Below, in pieces: positions 39,550 to 52,127 of a stretch of 64,000 bases of DNA; within the stretch, counting starts at the first letter, position 1; each line of letters starts with the position of its first letter. Made by a program: the position numbers and the translations under genes. Origin of the DNA: Somniosus microcephalus. Its lineage: Eukaryota. Below the pieces are notes generated by a model. It was not told the origin of the DNA and ran no database searches. It worked only from the letters and a program-made list of their open reading frames with translations. The DNA lies in NCBI GenBank assembly GCA_052327205.1, contig CM126218.1:85374001-85438000 (forward strand), read 5' to 3'.

Positions 39550-40386
39550 TGACATCCTCCTGTGACTTGCCTGTGTAATCGATATACAATCCCTTGAGTT
39601 GCTCGGAACAGTGGTAAGCAAAAGGTTAGAACCTGACCTGCCCTTTTAAGAAGGTTTGCTGTTCGCATCATTTACACATTTCCGACTGATTTCCATGTAC
39701 CAAGAACTGCAACCAATAAATTGGAGTCTTCATCGCATTCTCAATAAATGAGAATATAAGAATTAGGAGCAGGAGTAGGCCACAGGGCTCTTCGAGCCTG
39801 CTCTGCCATTCAATAAGATCATGGCTGGTCTTCTACCTCAACTCCACTTTCCCGCCCGATCACCATAGCCCTTGATTCCCCTAGAGTCCAAAGTTAGCTT
39901 TTTATTTTTTCATGTGAATCCATAAGCACATTGGCCCTGAAATTCTTCATCGGTTTAGCCGGTCTTCCACTGTATGTCTGCTGAGAGACCTGCTGACTGT
40001 CCCAGAAAATGGTGGAGACCTGGTTGTGCAGAGTCTCTACCAGTTCTAGAAGCTTCCTGGCTGCAGAATCTCCATCCACACCTTACAAGGCAAATGGTGC
40101 CCAGGGGTTGGAGCCAAGGGCAGGAACTCCCTGAACCAGGGGTTTGTGCTCTTGAGGCTAGAAGGGGACATGCCGATTGCGTCCACCAACCCCATGCTCA
40201 TGAGGTTAAAACTAATGCACAAAAAACTAAGACCAACACACATTCAGTCAGAATCATCTTGCTAACTTGCCTCTGACCCTCTTAAGGACAACAATATTGT
40301 CAATGAATGATTGATTCTAATCTTTTTGTCAATCAGTAAATTTGGGCTGCCCATAGTGAGGTTTCTTCTGACTTCCACAGGACACT

Positions 40387-40815
40387 ATAAGAACATAAGA
40401 ATTAGGAGCAGGAGTCAGCCATACGGCCCCTCGAGCCTGCTCCGCCATTCAATAAGATCATGGCTGATCATTGACCTCAACTCCACTTTCCCACCCGATC
40501 CCCATATCCCTTGATTCCCCATGAGTCCAAAAATCTATCGATCTCAGCCTTGAATATACTCAACGACGGAGCCTCCACAGCCCTCTGAGGTAGAGAATTC
40601 CAAAGATTCACCACCCTCTGAGTGAAGAAATTCCTCCTCATCTCAGTCCTAAATGGCCAACCCCTTATCCTGAGACTATGCCCCCTAGTTCTAGACACTC
40701 CAGCCAGGGTAAACAACCTCTCAACATCTACCCTGTCAATCCCCCTCAGAATCTTATGTTTCAATGCGATCCTTCTTCTAAACTCCAGAGAGTATAGGCC
40801 CAATCTACTCAATCT
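40387..40815 (-). mobile_element. CR1 LINE 3' fragment
   Basis: ORF 40477-40812 with CR1 motifs. Confidence 0.88.
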
Positions 40816-41469
40816 ATACTTTCAGTTGTTGAAGAAATGTTTTGATCTGGTAGTTTTGCTTGAGAGCCATATTACTCCACCAGTTTCAGCCAACATATGG
40901 AGACTGTCATTTCACAACTCAATTCCAATATGAGATTAAATCCCTTTTTTTGAATATGGTGATAATCCTGACACACTGGATCATATTGCTAACATATCTT
41001 CAGCTATCAGCATCACTGCTGCTTCTTGTTATTTTTGTATGTCAAGAATAATGCCCAGTCGAAACTTGATGCAGCACACTTGTCCAGCTAAGATGATATG
41101 ATCTTTTATCCTAATGACTGTTACAAAAGGTCTTTTGTAAATTAAAATTACCCAAGGACCAGATCATCTAAATTAATTTCAAAATTAAGCAGAGACTGGG
41201 TAACGTGCAATGATTGTATCAAGGTAGGAGATTTAAAATTGATCCAACAAAATATATCAAATTACACAATTGCTTTGTTTCTGCTGATCTTTGCTGACCA
41301 GTCCAGCAGTACCAGTCTTTTGCTATGATTCAATATGAAAATAAACCTCCCGTTTGAAACTAGATGTTGTAATCTTACACCGCGGTCAGGGAGCTGCCAG
41401 AACTCCGGGCATTGTTTCCCTTACACGATGAGTTTCCAGCAATCCACTCAATCCTTGCGAAGCCCACGT

Positions 41470-41872
41470 CTTAGAATGAGAGGTGATCTCATTGAAACAT
41501 ACAAAATTCTTACAGGGCTTGGCAGGGTAGATGCTGGGAGGATGTTTCCCCTGGCCAGGGAGCCAAGAACCAGGGGTCACAGTCTCAGGATAAGGGGTCG
41601 GCCACTTGGGACTGAGACGAGGAGGAATTTCTTCACTCAGAGGGCGGTGAATCTTTGGAATTCTCTACCCCAGAGGGCTGTGGAGGCTCAGTCGTTGAGT
41701 ATATTCAAGACAGAGATCGACAGATTTTTGGATATTAAGGGAATCAAGGGATATGGGGATAGTGCAGGAATGTGGAGATGAGGTAGAAGATCAGCCATGA
41801 TCTTATTGAATGGCGGAGCAGGCTCGAGGGGCCGAATGGCCGACTCCTGCTCCTAATTCTTATGATCTTATG
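41470..41872 (+). mobile_element. CR1 LINE 3' fragment
   Basis: RMRGDLIETYKIL...WNSLPQRAVEA; 3' hairpin and tail. Confidence 0.88.
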
Positions 41873-41939
41873 TACTTAAAATGATCACTGGATCTGATAG
41901 AGTAACCCATAGGTAATCCTGAGCTACACATGTATAACA

Positions 41940-42545
41940 GTAACAACAACAACTTGTATTTATATAGCGCCCTTAACGTAGTGAAACGTCGCAAGGCACT
42001 TCACAGTAGCGTTATCAAATAAAATTTGGCGCCAAACCACATAAAGAGATATTAGGGCAGGAGAGTGTCTTAAAGGAGGAGAGGCAGAGAGGTTTAGGGA
42101 GGAAACTCCAGAGTTTAGGGCCGTGGCAGCTGAAGGCACGGCCGCCAATGGTGTGATGAAGGAAATCGGGGAAAGAGGACAGGATTGGAGGAGCGCAGAG
42201 ATCTCGGAGGGTTGTGGGGCTGGAGGAGATTACAGAGATAGGGAGGGGGCGAGGCCATGGAGGGATTTTAAAACAAGGATGAGAATTTTTAAATCGAGGC
42301 CTTGCCAGACCGGGAACCAATGTAGGTCAGCGAACACAGGGGGTGATGGGTGAACGGGAATCAGAGCGAGTTAGGACACGGGCAGAAGAGTTTTGGATGA
42401 GCTGAAGTTTACGGAGGGTGGAATGTGGGAGGCCGGCCAGGAGTGTGTGGGAATAGTCGAGTCTGGAGGTAACAAAGGCATGGCTGAGGGTTTCAGCAGC
42501 AGATAGGCTGAGGCAGGGGTGGAGAAGGGCGATAGTACGGAGGTG
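41940..42545 (-). mobile_element. L2 LINE 3' fragment
   Basis: HAFVTSRLDYS and GGRAFSC motifs; (aac)n tail. Confidence 0.85.
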
Positions 42546-42681
42546 GGAGTGTACAGCTGTTTTAGTAGTGGGACGGTGACTCCTGCAGCACATTCTGCAG
42601 CAAGACATTGATACTAAGGTAACAACAGAAAACGCTGGAAAAACTCAGCAGGCCAGGCAACATCTGTGGAGAGAGAAACAG

Positions 42682-42717
42682 AGCCAACGTTTCAGGTCGA
42701 AACCCTTCATCAGGACT
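42682..42717 (-). ncRNA. Minimal type I hammerhead ribozyme motif
   Basis: rc AGTC-CTGATGA-A-GGGT-TTCG-ACCT-GAAA-CG-TT-GGCT. Confidence 0.75.
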
Positions 42718-43351
42718 GAGAAAAAAAAGGCAGGAAATGAAACAGATTAAGAAGCAAGTTAGGGGACTGGGAAATGGGGGAGGGGATGAAAGAACAAAAG
42801 GGAAGGTCTGGGAGAGGTGAGGAGACATTTAGAGATATTCAAGGTGAGACGAGATGGTAATAGGGCAAGTAAATAGACAAAGGATGGCTCTAGATGAAGT
42901 GTGAAATGCGCTGGCAGAGTGAGAGACAGCTGCCGTGTGGGAGAGAGAAAAAAGGAAGGAAAAGGCACAAACCAAAGGTGTGGATAAAAAATATATAAAA
43001 GTGTAATAGGGGCTGAGGTTATGGTCTGAAATTGTTGAACTCGATATTGAGTCCAGAAGGCTGTAAAGTGCCTAATCGGAAGATGAGGAGCTGTTCCTCG
43101 AGTTTACGGTGAGCTTCCGTGGAACAATGCAAGAGGCCGAGGACGGTGAGGTCTGAGTGGGAATGGAGCGGTGAATTAAGGTGACAGGCGACCGGATTTA
43201 CCTGTCCTATTACCATCTCATCTCACCTTGAATATCTCTTAATGTCTCCTCACCCCCCACAGACCTTCCCTTTTGTTCTTTCATCCCCTCCCCCGTTTCC
43301 CAGCCCCCCAAACTTGCTTCTTAATCTGTTTCATTTCCTGCTTTTTTTCTC

Positions 43352-43387
43352 AGTCCTGACGAAGGGTTTCGACCTGAAACATTGACT
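43352..43387 (+). ncRNA. Minimal type I hammerhead ribozyme motif (sense to CAMK1D)
   Basis: AGTC-CTGACGA-A-GGGT-TTCG-ACCT-GAAA-CA-TT-GACT; the stem III palindrome is mutated ACGT>ACAT. Confidence 0.7.
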
Positions 43388-43864
43388 CTGTTTCCCTCTC
43401 CACGGATGTTGCCTGGCCTGCTGAGTTTTTCCAGCGTTTTCTGTTGTTATTTCGGATTTCCAGCATTTGCAGTATTTTGCTATCGTAGTGATACTAAGGT
43501 GCCAATTCCTACCCATGGAACAGAAAGGTGGCAGCAGCCAAACAGAGAGTCTCACCATCAGTACCCATCTTAAGCTAAACATTTCTTGGCTGTTTTTCTG
43601 ATGACAGTGAGGGCTAATGATCACATCAGGGGAACTGGCTCGGACACATATATTGGTCTGAACACAGTTGCTATCGATAGATCTGGCCATTTACCACTTA
43701 AGAGTGCTTAAGTATCATTATATTACTTATATACTGTGCATGTTTAATTCACTTTCTTCACACTGTCAGATTCAGTAAGTGCACTCAACCAGCACCTCTG
43801 ATAATAGCTCCAGCACTCAGCATTAAAACCATATTTTCTAAATGAAACTCCGAAAGAAGACATA

Positions 43865-44507
43865 AAAACAGAAAATGCTGGAAATACTCAGCAGGTCAGG
43901 TGACATCTGTGGAGAGAGAAACAGAGTTAACGTTTCAGGCCGATGACCTTTCGTCAGAACTGAAAAAGTTTGAGATGTGACAGGTTTTAAGCAAGTGCAG
44001 GGGCAGGGAAAGGGGGGAGGGGAGGAAAGAACAAAAGGGAGGGTCTGTGATAGGCTGGAAGGCAGGAGAGATTAAATGACAAAAGGAATGATGGAGAAAG
44101 GTGAACGGAGATGGTAACGGGACAAGTAAAGAAACATAAGATGGGTCTAGAAGAGGTGTAAATGGGAACAGCAGAATTATCAACAGCTGCCGTCCAAAAA
44201 AATGGGGGCAGAGGTTATGATCCGAAATTGTTGAACTCAATGTTGAGTCCGGAAGACTGTAAAGTGCCTAATCGAAAGATGAGGTGCTGTTCCACGAGCT
44301 TACGTTAAGCTTCGTTGGAACAGTGTAAGGCCGAGGACGGAGAGATCAGAGTGAGAGTGGAGCGGAGAATTAAAGTGACAGGCGACCGGAAGCTCAGGGT
44401 CGCGCTTGCGGACTGAACGGAGGTGTTCCGCAAAGCGGTCACCCAATCTGCCTTTGGTCTCCCCAGTGTAGAGGAGACCGCATCGTGAGCAGCGAATACA
44501 GTATCCA
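43865..44507 (-). mobile_element. Truncated Penelope-like element
   Basis: YCIRCSRCGLLYTGETKGRLGDRFAEH (GIY-YIG); 12-bp TSD AAAGAAGACATA. Confidence 0.9.
43925..43961 (-). ncRNA. Minimal type I hammerhead ribozyme motif
   Basis: rc AGTT-CTGACGA-A-AGGTC-ATC-GGCCT-GAAA-CG-TT-AACT. Confidence 0.75.
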
Positions 44508-44639
44508 AAAGAAGACATATGTTAAAACTAGGCGTTATTATTATTTGTTTGTTGATTAATGTTTTTACACGGTGGAACTCATTCCCTAAACGTATTTTTC
44601 GTAAACTCTAATGCCCCCGTCCTCTTAGTTTTAAAATAG

Positions 44640-45056
<417 letters not shown>

Positions 45057-45364
45057 TGATTTCCTTGAAATGGGACATTCTGGAACGCTCTGTGCATGCT
45101 AAAGCTTTTAACTGATTTTATACTGATTTTTAACACGCAAACAACCCCGTCAGGGGAAAATACAGCTTCTAGAATGTTCCTTGCTACCAGACTTGATCTT
45201 GTTCCAACACAAAGGTCAAAAGACATCCATATTCAACATGTCTGCCAACAACCACAAGACCAACTGCATTCCCCATTTTATCGTTCTGCTTCTTCAGTGA
45301 CATTGAGTGGAGGTTTATTATCTACTTTAACCTCCCCAGTTTGTCAGGTATTTTCTGCCGCGAT

Positions 45365-45768
45365 TTAAAAATTCTCATCTTTGTTTCCAAATCCCTCCAT
45401 AACCTCGACCTATCTCTGTAACCTCCTCCAGCCCCACAAATCACCCCCTACCCTCGCCCGAGATATCTGCGCTCCTCTAATTCTGGCCTCTTGAGCATCC
45501 TCCGATTTTGAATCGCTCCACCATTGGCGGCCGTGCCTTCAGCTGCCGAGGCCCTGAGCTCTGGAATTCCCTCCCTAAACCTCTCCGCCTCTCTTTCCTC
45601 CTTTAAGACGCTCCTTCAAACTGACCTCTTTGACCAAGCTTTTGGTCACCTGTCCTAATATCTCCTTATGTGGCTCGGTGTCAAATTCTGTTTGATAATC
45701 GCTCCTGTGAAGCACCTTGGGACGTTTTACTACATGAAAAGCGCTATATAAATGCAAGTTGTTGTTGC
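45365..45768 (+). mobile_element. L2 LINE 3' fragment
   Basis: Homologous to 23063-23530; gttgttg tail. Confidence 0.85.
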
Positions 45769-46245
45769 ATGTGACACATGAGAATCATAGAATGATGCAG
45801 CACAGGAGGCCGTTCGGCCCATCGTGCCTGTGCCGGCTCTTTGGCAGAGCTATCCAATTAATCCCACTGCCCCCTGCTCTGCCCCCACAGCCTTGTCATT
45901 GTTTTTCCTTTCATGAGAATTTCTTGCTGTTCTTTTAATTTGCCGCCATGAGGAAGCCTGGTATGTTTGTTTAAGCCCGGAGGAAATTTTCCAAATCTGA
46001 GTTTATATCTGGGATACATCACTTGAATGCAGCTTTCCGCTCACACAGGTATTTTGCTATTCTGTTCGCAAGCCTTAAACATGCATTTTCAGAGACAAAA
46101 TAAGTGCTTCATTTTATTTTAGATATCAACAAACTATTATTCTCTGACGTTTAGAAGAATGAGAGGTGATCTCATTGAAACATATCGGATTCTGAGGGGG
46201 ATTGACAGGGTCGATGCTGAGAGGTTGTTTCCCCCTGGTTGGAGA

Positions 46246-46487
46246 AAGAAAAGAAAGACTTACATTTCTATAGCGCCTTTCACGATCACCGGACGTCCCA
46301 AAGCGCTTTACAGCCAATGAAGTACTTTTGAAATGTGGTCACTGTTGTAATGTGGGAAACACAGCAGCCATTCTGCGAACAGCAAGCTCCCACAAGCAGC
46401 AATGTGATAATGACCAGATAATTGTTTTTTTGTTATGTTGATTGAGGGATAAATATTGGCCCCAGGACACCGGGGAGAACTCCCCTG
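46246..46487 (-). mobile_element. DeuSINE 3' half inside a small CR1 fragment (46150-46522)
   Basis: SINE tail homology; CR1 sequence resumes at ctggagtatagaactagggg. Confidence 0.8.
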
Positions 46488-46655
46488 GAGTATAGAACTA
46501 GGGGCCATAGTCTCAGGATAAGGAACATAGGGCATAGGAGAATAGGAACAGGAGGAGGCCATTCAGCCCCTTGAGCCTGTTCTGCCATTCAATGAGATCA
46601 TGGCTAATCTGTGACCTAACTCAATATATCCGCCTTTGGCCCATAGCCCTTAATA

Positions 46656-47448
46656 CAGGTAGACTATCCTTTATCCGAACTTCCGAAAACCGAAAACCTC
46701 TAAAAACCAAAAGTTTTTTCGTTCAGCGTAAGTCGTGCGCACGACATGACCAGAGTGGCGCACGACTTATGCTGAGCAGGGCAGAGGGTCACAGAGTTCC
46801 CTCCTGGGTAGGAGATTGCAGGCCGAGCCGGGCAGTGTGAAGGAGGTACCGGGAGAGTGAACCCAACAATACAGCGGCCGGTCCGATAGCTGCAGCGGCC
46901 CGTCCGATATTCTTTTCTCCCCCGACCCGACCCGCGGCCCGTCCGATATTCTTTTCTCCCCCCCCCCACACCCGACCCGACCCGACCCCCGGCCCGTCCG
47001 ATATTCTTTTCTCCCGACCCGACCCGAACCGCGGCCCGTCCGATATTCTTTTCTCCCCCCTGACCCCCCCCCCGGACCCCCCCCGATCCCGCCACCCCCC
47101 CCGGACCCCCCCCGACCCCCACCCCCCCGGACCCCGACCCCCCCGACCCCAACCCCGACCCCCCCCACCGACCCCGACCTGAACCGCGGCCCGTCCGACA
47201 TTCTTTTCTCCCCCCCCACCCGACCTGATTTGCGGGCCAGCTTAGTAGGAGTCAGCCGATATCCGGCTTTCCAGAGAAGCAGGAAGGGGAATGAGACACG
47301 GAACAGTCGCAAGAGGTAGCCTGAACTTTTAAAATCTATATTAAATACAAATTTCCCAGTCTTATAATAATACCTCTGAAATCCGAAAAATTCCAAAAAC
47401 TGAAACTCAGCTGGCCCCAAGGCTTTCGGATAAGGGATAGTGTACCTG
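46656..47448. mobile_element. Tc1/mariner-pogo (Tigger-like) MITE with an internal minisatellite
   Basis: 24-bp TIR CAGGTAGACTATCCTTTATCCGAA / (rc) CAGGTACACTATCCCTTATCCGAA; TA TSD. Confidence 0.9.
46875..47225. repeat. GC-rich minisatellite
   Basis: About five units of gcggcccgtccgatattcttttctcccc separated by variable (ccgac)n / poly-C linkers. Confidence 0.85.
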
Positions 47449-47964
47449 TACTTTGGTTAACAGAAAGCTATCCATTTCCAATTTAAAATTAACAATTGGT
47501 CCAGCATCAATTGCCGTTTGCGGAAGAGAGTTCCAAACTTCTACCACCCTTTGTGTGTTGAAGTGTTTCCTAATTTCACTCCTGAAAGGTCTGGCTCTAA
47601 TTTTTAGACTCTGCCCCCAGTCCTAGAATCCCCAACCAGCAGAAATAGTTTCTCTCTATCTACCCTATCTTGAAAATTTCAATCAGATCACCCCTTAACC
47701 TTCTAAATTCTAGGAGATGCAACCCTAATTTGTGTAATCGCTTCTCGTAACTTAACCCTTGGAGTCCGGGTATCATTCTGGTAAACCTACGCTGCACTCC
47801 CTCCAAGGCCAATATATCCTTCCTCAGGTGTGGTGCCCAGAACTGCTCACAGTGCTCCAGGTGTGGTCTAACCAGGGCTTTGTACAGCTGCAGTATAACT
47901 TCTACCCCCTTGTATTCTAGTCCTCTTTGATTATGGCCTTTTTGATTATTTTCTGTACATGTCC

Positions 47965-48235
47965 GGCCATTTAAAACTGAGATGAGGAGGAATTTCTTCA
48001 CTCAGAGGGTCGTGATTCTTTGGAATTCTCTACCTTAAAGGGCTGTGGATGCTGATTCATTGAGTATATTCAAGACTGAAATCGATAGATTTTTGGACTC
48101 TAGGGGAATCAAGGGATATGGAGCTCGGGCGGGAAAGTGGAGTTGAGGTCGAAGATCAGCCATGATCTTATTGAATGGCGAAGCAGGTTCGAGGGGCCGA
48201 ATGGCCGACTCCTGCCCCTAATGCTTATGTTCTTA
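47965..48235 (+). mobile_element. CR1 LINE 3' end
   Basis: gaggaggaatttcttcactcagagggt...; 3' hairpin and tail. Confidence 0.85.
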
Positions 48236-50010
48236 TTTTAATGATTGCCTTAATGCAAAGTTCTAATCTGAGGTTCTTGCTGCACTTGGTCACTGGTAGT
48301 TCTGAGACAGACTATCATGAGCGCTTTTCCAGATGACACTAAATTATTTTAGCTTCTTAACGTGTTACTGTGATCAGCTTCTGCTGCGGCAGCTTTTATA
48401 AGCAGAGAGAGCTTTAGCAGAATCTTGGCTTGAAAGACTCACAATTTCTCTTCCGATAAACGTTCCGATATGGAGACCCACTTTTCTTGTGCTTACAGTA
48501 TTCACCCTTAGATTATGGGCACCTCCAGGGAGCCCTATCTTTACTGGGCCACTCAATATTCTTAATAGCTGAGCCTGTGTCATACGATACTGAAAAATTC
48601 CCAAATATCCCAGTAAAAGTACTGTTCAGTTGTCAGGAGGAGAGTTCTTTTTGTACGATGAATGTCATCAGAATATACAGATCAAAAATTATTTATGTAA
48701 CATATTAGAAATCTTACATCTGCATGCATATCCTGCATACACAATTTCCATTATAAATTCCTATGGAAACTCTGTATGTAAACTGGCCACACTGTAATTC
48801 TCCAGTCTACACTTGATCACGACTCCGCGTGTAAAACGCCACAGAAGATCAACTAGCAAAGTATTAAAAATGTTCGGGCAGACACTGGCATTCATTGTGC
48901 TTGTTTTTCGGGCATAAAATGGGCGCAGAGCCTATCAGTTAGGCAGTGGGATGGTCTGGGCCCCAATCTGAGCAGGTGCTGGTCCCACTGCTAAATTTGG
49001 GTGTTTCTGGATGGATGCCTAAATCTGGCATTAGGCCCCTTAATTATGTAAATGAGTGACCTAATTCCTGTTGAAGGACCCTATCGAGAAACTAGTCGGC
49101 GAGCTGCCTGTGGAGGCGGGACAAGGGCAGGCAGCCTGCACCGATTTCCATCAATCCTCGGGCCCCTTGGTTCAGGCGCGTGCCAGTCGCACGTCTGCAA
49201 GCCTGGGCCCAGACTAATTTCTAGGCTTTTATGCCTACACGGATGCACTCTTAGCTTTTATCCATTGCGAACTGCTATTTCCCTATTTTTAATGTAAACT
49301 TATCACACTGTAATTACGCTCCTCTACCAGTGGCAGTGCTGTAGCCTCTCCGTTTTGCATCTTCCCAGCTCTCGTAAGAACATAAGAAATAGGAGCAGGA
49401 GTCGGCCACTCGAGCCTGCACCGCCATTCAATAAGATCATGGCTGATCTTCTACCTCAACTCCACCATCCCGCTCTATCCCCATATCCCTTGATTCCCTT
49501 AGTATCCAAAAAATCTATTGATCTCTGTCTTACATATACTCAAAATAATTAAAGAATATAGGGCCAGAAATTCAGATCGGGGGCTTGCCGCGCATGCAAG
49601 GCCCCGATATGCACTTACCCGACGCGCTGGCCGTTGACCTCCAGGGACGCTTGGAATTCGATTTTGAAAAAGAAGAATCCCGGGCAGCGTATGACGTCAC
49701 GCCGCCCAGGAGTGCAGCCAGCGCGAAGCCTGTAGCGCGCTGTGCAACTGAGACACGCCCCTTGAGGTCTCAGTTTAACAGGACACGCCCCCAATGTTTC
49801 TGCCAAGCTGCTAAGCATTTTTACATGCAAAGCAGCAGTTTAAATAGGTTTTTGGAAGTTTTTTGAAGATTTTGGTAACTTTTATAAACTTTTAAAAACG
49901 TTTACATTATTTTGAAGAATCTGAAGTAGTTTTAAAGAGAATTAAAGCAATTTAAAGACTTTTAAAAGCCCTAAAAGAATTTTTTAAATTCCATTTATTT
50001 ATTTAGCAAT

Positions 50011-50356
50011 GTCGTCGTCATACGTGTCTTCACACTGTTCCCTTTGGGGAACTGTATGAAGTGGTGGAAGGATTTATGGCCATGATTAATGCTCATTCCG
50101 TGACCGTAACCATCTTTGAACCAGCCATTAGGGCGGTTAGTCCTATGGCGGGAGGGTTTTACGGGCTCCCACAAGCTATACAAGGAGGGGGGGCCACCCA
50201 CACCCACGGACGCAAATATCTCACTGGATGTCAACCCAGAATTTAGAGCCGGAGCTCCGACTCCACTTGCCGGGACTGTCTGGAGCGGGGTTCGAAACCC
50301 TACCCTGTTCTGGCCCAGCGGCAGGGATCCTACCGCTATGCCAAAGGCCCAATCCG
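50011..50356 (-). mobile_element. Unrecognised tRNA-headed SINE, copy 1
   Basis: rc A box TGGCATAGCGG, B box GGTTTCGAACCC, 3' hairpin and (GAC)3 tail; TTAGCA near both ends. Confidence 0.7.
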
Positions 50357-50370
50357 ATTAGCAGCGTGAA

Positions 50371-50592
50371 ATGGCTGGAATGAGCACAATTCACGGCATT
50401 AAAAGAACTCACAATTGAACTGATGATGACCTCAGCAATCTCCTCAAGGAGGTGGAGGCGCAGCGCCTGCTCATCATTGGTAATGAGAAGTCAAAGGCGC
50501 CGCAAAAAGGGCAGATGATAGCTTGGTCTTTCAAGTGGCAGCATAGGGCTCCAGTCACGGGGAGGGAAAAGGCGCAGGAAACGTATGGGTGT
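50371..50592 (+). pseudogene. Myb/SANT-like (Harbinger ORF) remnant
   Basis: MAGMSTIHGIKRTHN*TDDDLSNLLKEVEAQRLLIIG...QMIAWS, then frameshifted QVAA and RRKRMG; DLVRNA resumes after SINE copy 2. Confidence 0.65.
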
Positions 50593-50603
50593 CACCTTTT
50601 GTG

Positions 50604-50949
50604 CGGAGTGGGCCTTTTGCGTAGCAGTAAGCATCCCCGCCGCTGGGCCAGAAGGAGTAGGGTTTCGAACCCCACTCCAGACAGTCCCGGCAAGTGGAGT
50701 CGGAGCTCCAACTATAAATTCTGGGTGGACATCCAGCGGGATACTTGCGTCCGTGGGTGTGGGTGGCCCCCCCCCCTCAGATGGGTTGTGGGAGCCCGTA
50801 AAACCCTCACGCCATAGGACTAACCACCCTAATGGCTGGTTCAAAGATGGTTACGGTCACGGAATGAGCGTTAATCACGGCCCTAAATCCTTCCACCACT
50901 TCATACAGTTCCCGAAAGGGAACGGTGTGAGGATACGTACGACGATGAC
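50604..50949 (+). mobile_element. Unrecognised tRNA-headed SINE, copy 2
   Basis: A-box-like TTGCGTAGCAG, B box GGTTTCGAACCC, hairpin gttccc-gaaa-gggaac and GACGATGAC tail; colinear with copy 1. Confidence 0.7.
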
Positions 50950-52127
50950 CTCGTGCGCAATGCACCTCCTTGGGCCCTCAGTCGCAGATGCGAGGGGGCA
51001 AATCGTGCAATTGTTAAATTTTTCATTTTATTGACATGTAAAATGTTGGCCCAGTAATTCCCTTCCAAATGCGCGAGTACGGTCGGGGTACTTACGCGTC
51101 TGGCCGGAGGAAATGCCGGTTTTCAGCATGCACAGCGCATGCGGGGAAAACCGGCATTTCCTGTCCTCTGAACGAAGGGGTTCAGAGGCAGAACGCGTGC
51201 GCAGTAAAATTCGCCGCTTTCATTCATGCTTTCAGTGAGGTCAAGTCCTTACAACTTACACATGAAAAAAGCATGGGTACAGTTGCTCCAGAGGCTGCGG
51301 AGGAAGATATTTCTTATCGTGGAGCTTCTGAAAGTATGTATGTCTGCATATATTCCTTTGTGTGTTATGTATATATTCCTTTACTTATGTGTATGAATGT
51401 ATTATTTAATTATGACTTTCAGAGAAAGTAACTTATTGGAAAATCATAATTAAAAACATACATTCATACACATAAGTAAAGGAATATAAAACATACATAC
51501 ATATACGTAAAGGAATATATGCGGACATACATACATAATTACTTATTACTGATGAAAAGTTTCTTTCTTAAAAGTGCTGGAAATGTTACATTACTCATTT
51601 TAGAACACTCATTTTCACATTCAATTCACACAGCCACAATTGCTCCTTCTACCTACCGTTCTGAAAGCCCGTTTAAAAAAAAAAATTTAAACTTTAAAAC
51701 GTACTTAAAATTTCTTAAAATAACTTCCCTCCCTTTCCCAAACAAAAATATTGCCTTTCAGAAGCTCCGCGATAAAATATATCTTCCTCCGCAGCCTTGG
51801 AACAACTTTACACATGCTTTTTTCAAGTGTAACTTGAAGTTCACTGCGCAAGCGCTGCCTGTGCAGTCGCACGCGCTGTGCCTCTGAACCCCTTCGTTCA
51901 GAGGACTGGAAATGCCGGCGTTCCCCGCATGCGCTGTGCATGCTGAACGCCGGCATTTCCACCGGCCAGATGCGTGAGTACCCAGACCGTACTCACGCAT
52001 TTGGACCCGAATTTCTGGCCCATACTCTTCCGCCTGCATTGCAGCGATGTTCCAACCAGCTCTATTAATCTGCTTCCCAAATTGCCATGTTTTGCCATTT
52101 AACTATATATAACTATATAAAATTAAG

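Larger units (their letters stand above)
42621..43488 (-). mobile_element. Truncated Penelope-like element with inverted pLTRs
   Basis: GIY-YIG C-terminus (VACHLNSPLHSH...FRLGTLQPSGLNIEF); 42621-42880 is mirrored at 43200-43450; 12-bp TSD TGATACTAAGGT. Confidence 0.9.
46524..47960 (-). mobile_element. CR1 LINE 3' fragment split by a TA-targeting MITE
   Basis: ORF 47660-48001 with CR1 motifs; the 3' UTR continues across 46656-47448. Confidence 0.85.
49561..52021. mobile_element. Non-autonomous Harbinger derivative (2461 bp) with fold-back structure, Myb remnant and two SINE passengers
   Basis: Perfect 13-bp TIR GGGCCAGAAATTC, ATA 3-bp TSD, three internal inverted-repeat pairs. Confidence 0.88.

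Noticed and set aside
46875-47225. CRISPR-like repeat-spacer array
   Set aside because: Vertebrate context, spacers are low-complexity C-runs, located inside a MITE, and no cas genes.
46700-47420. Gly/Arg-rich ORFs of 150 and 217 aa
   Set aside because: Artefacts of the G-rich minisatellite strand.
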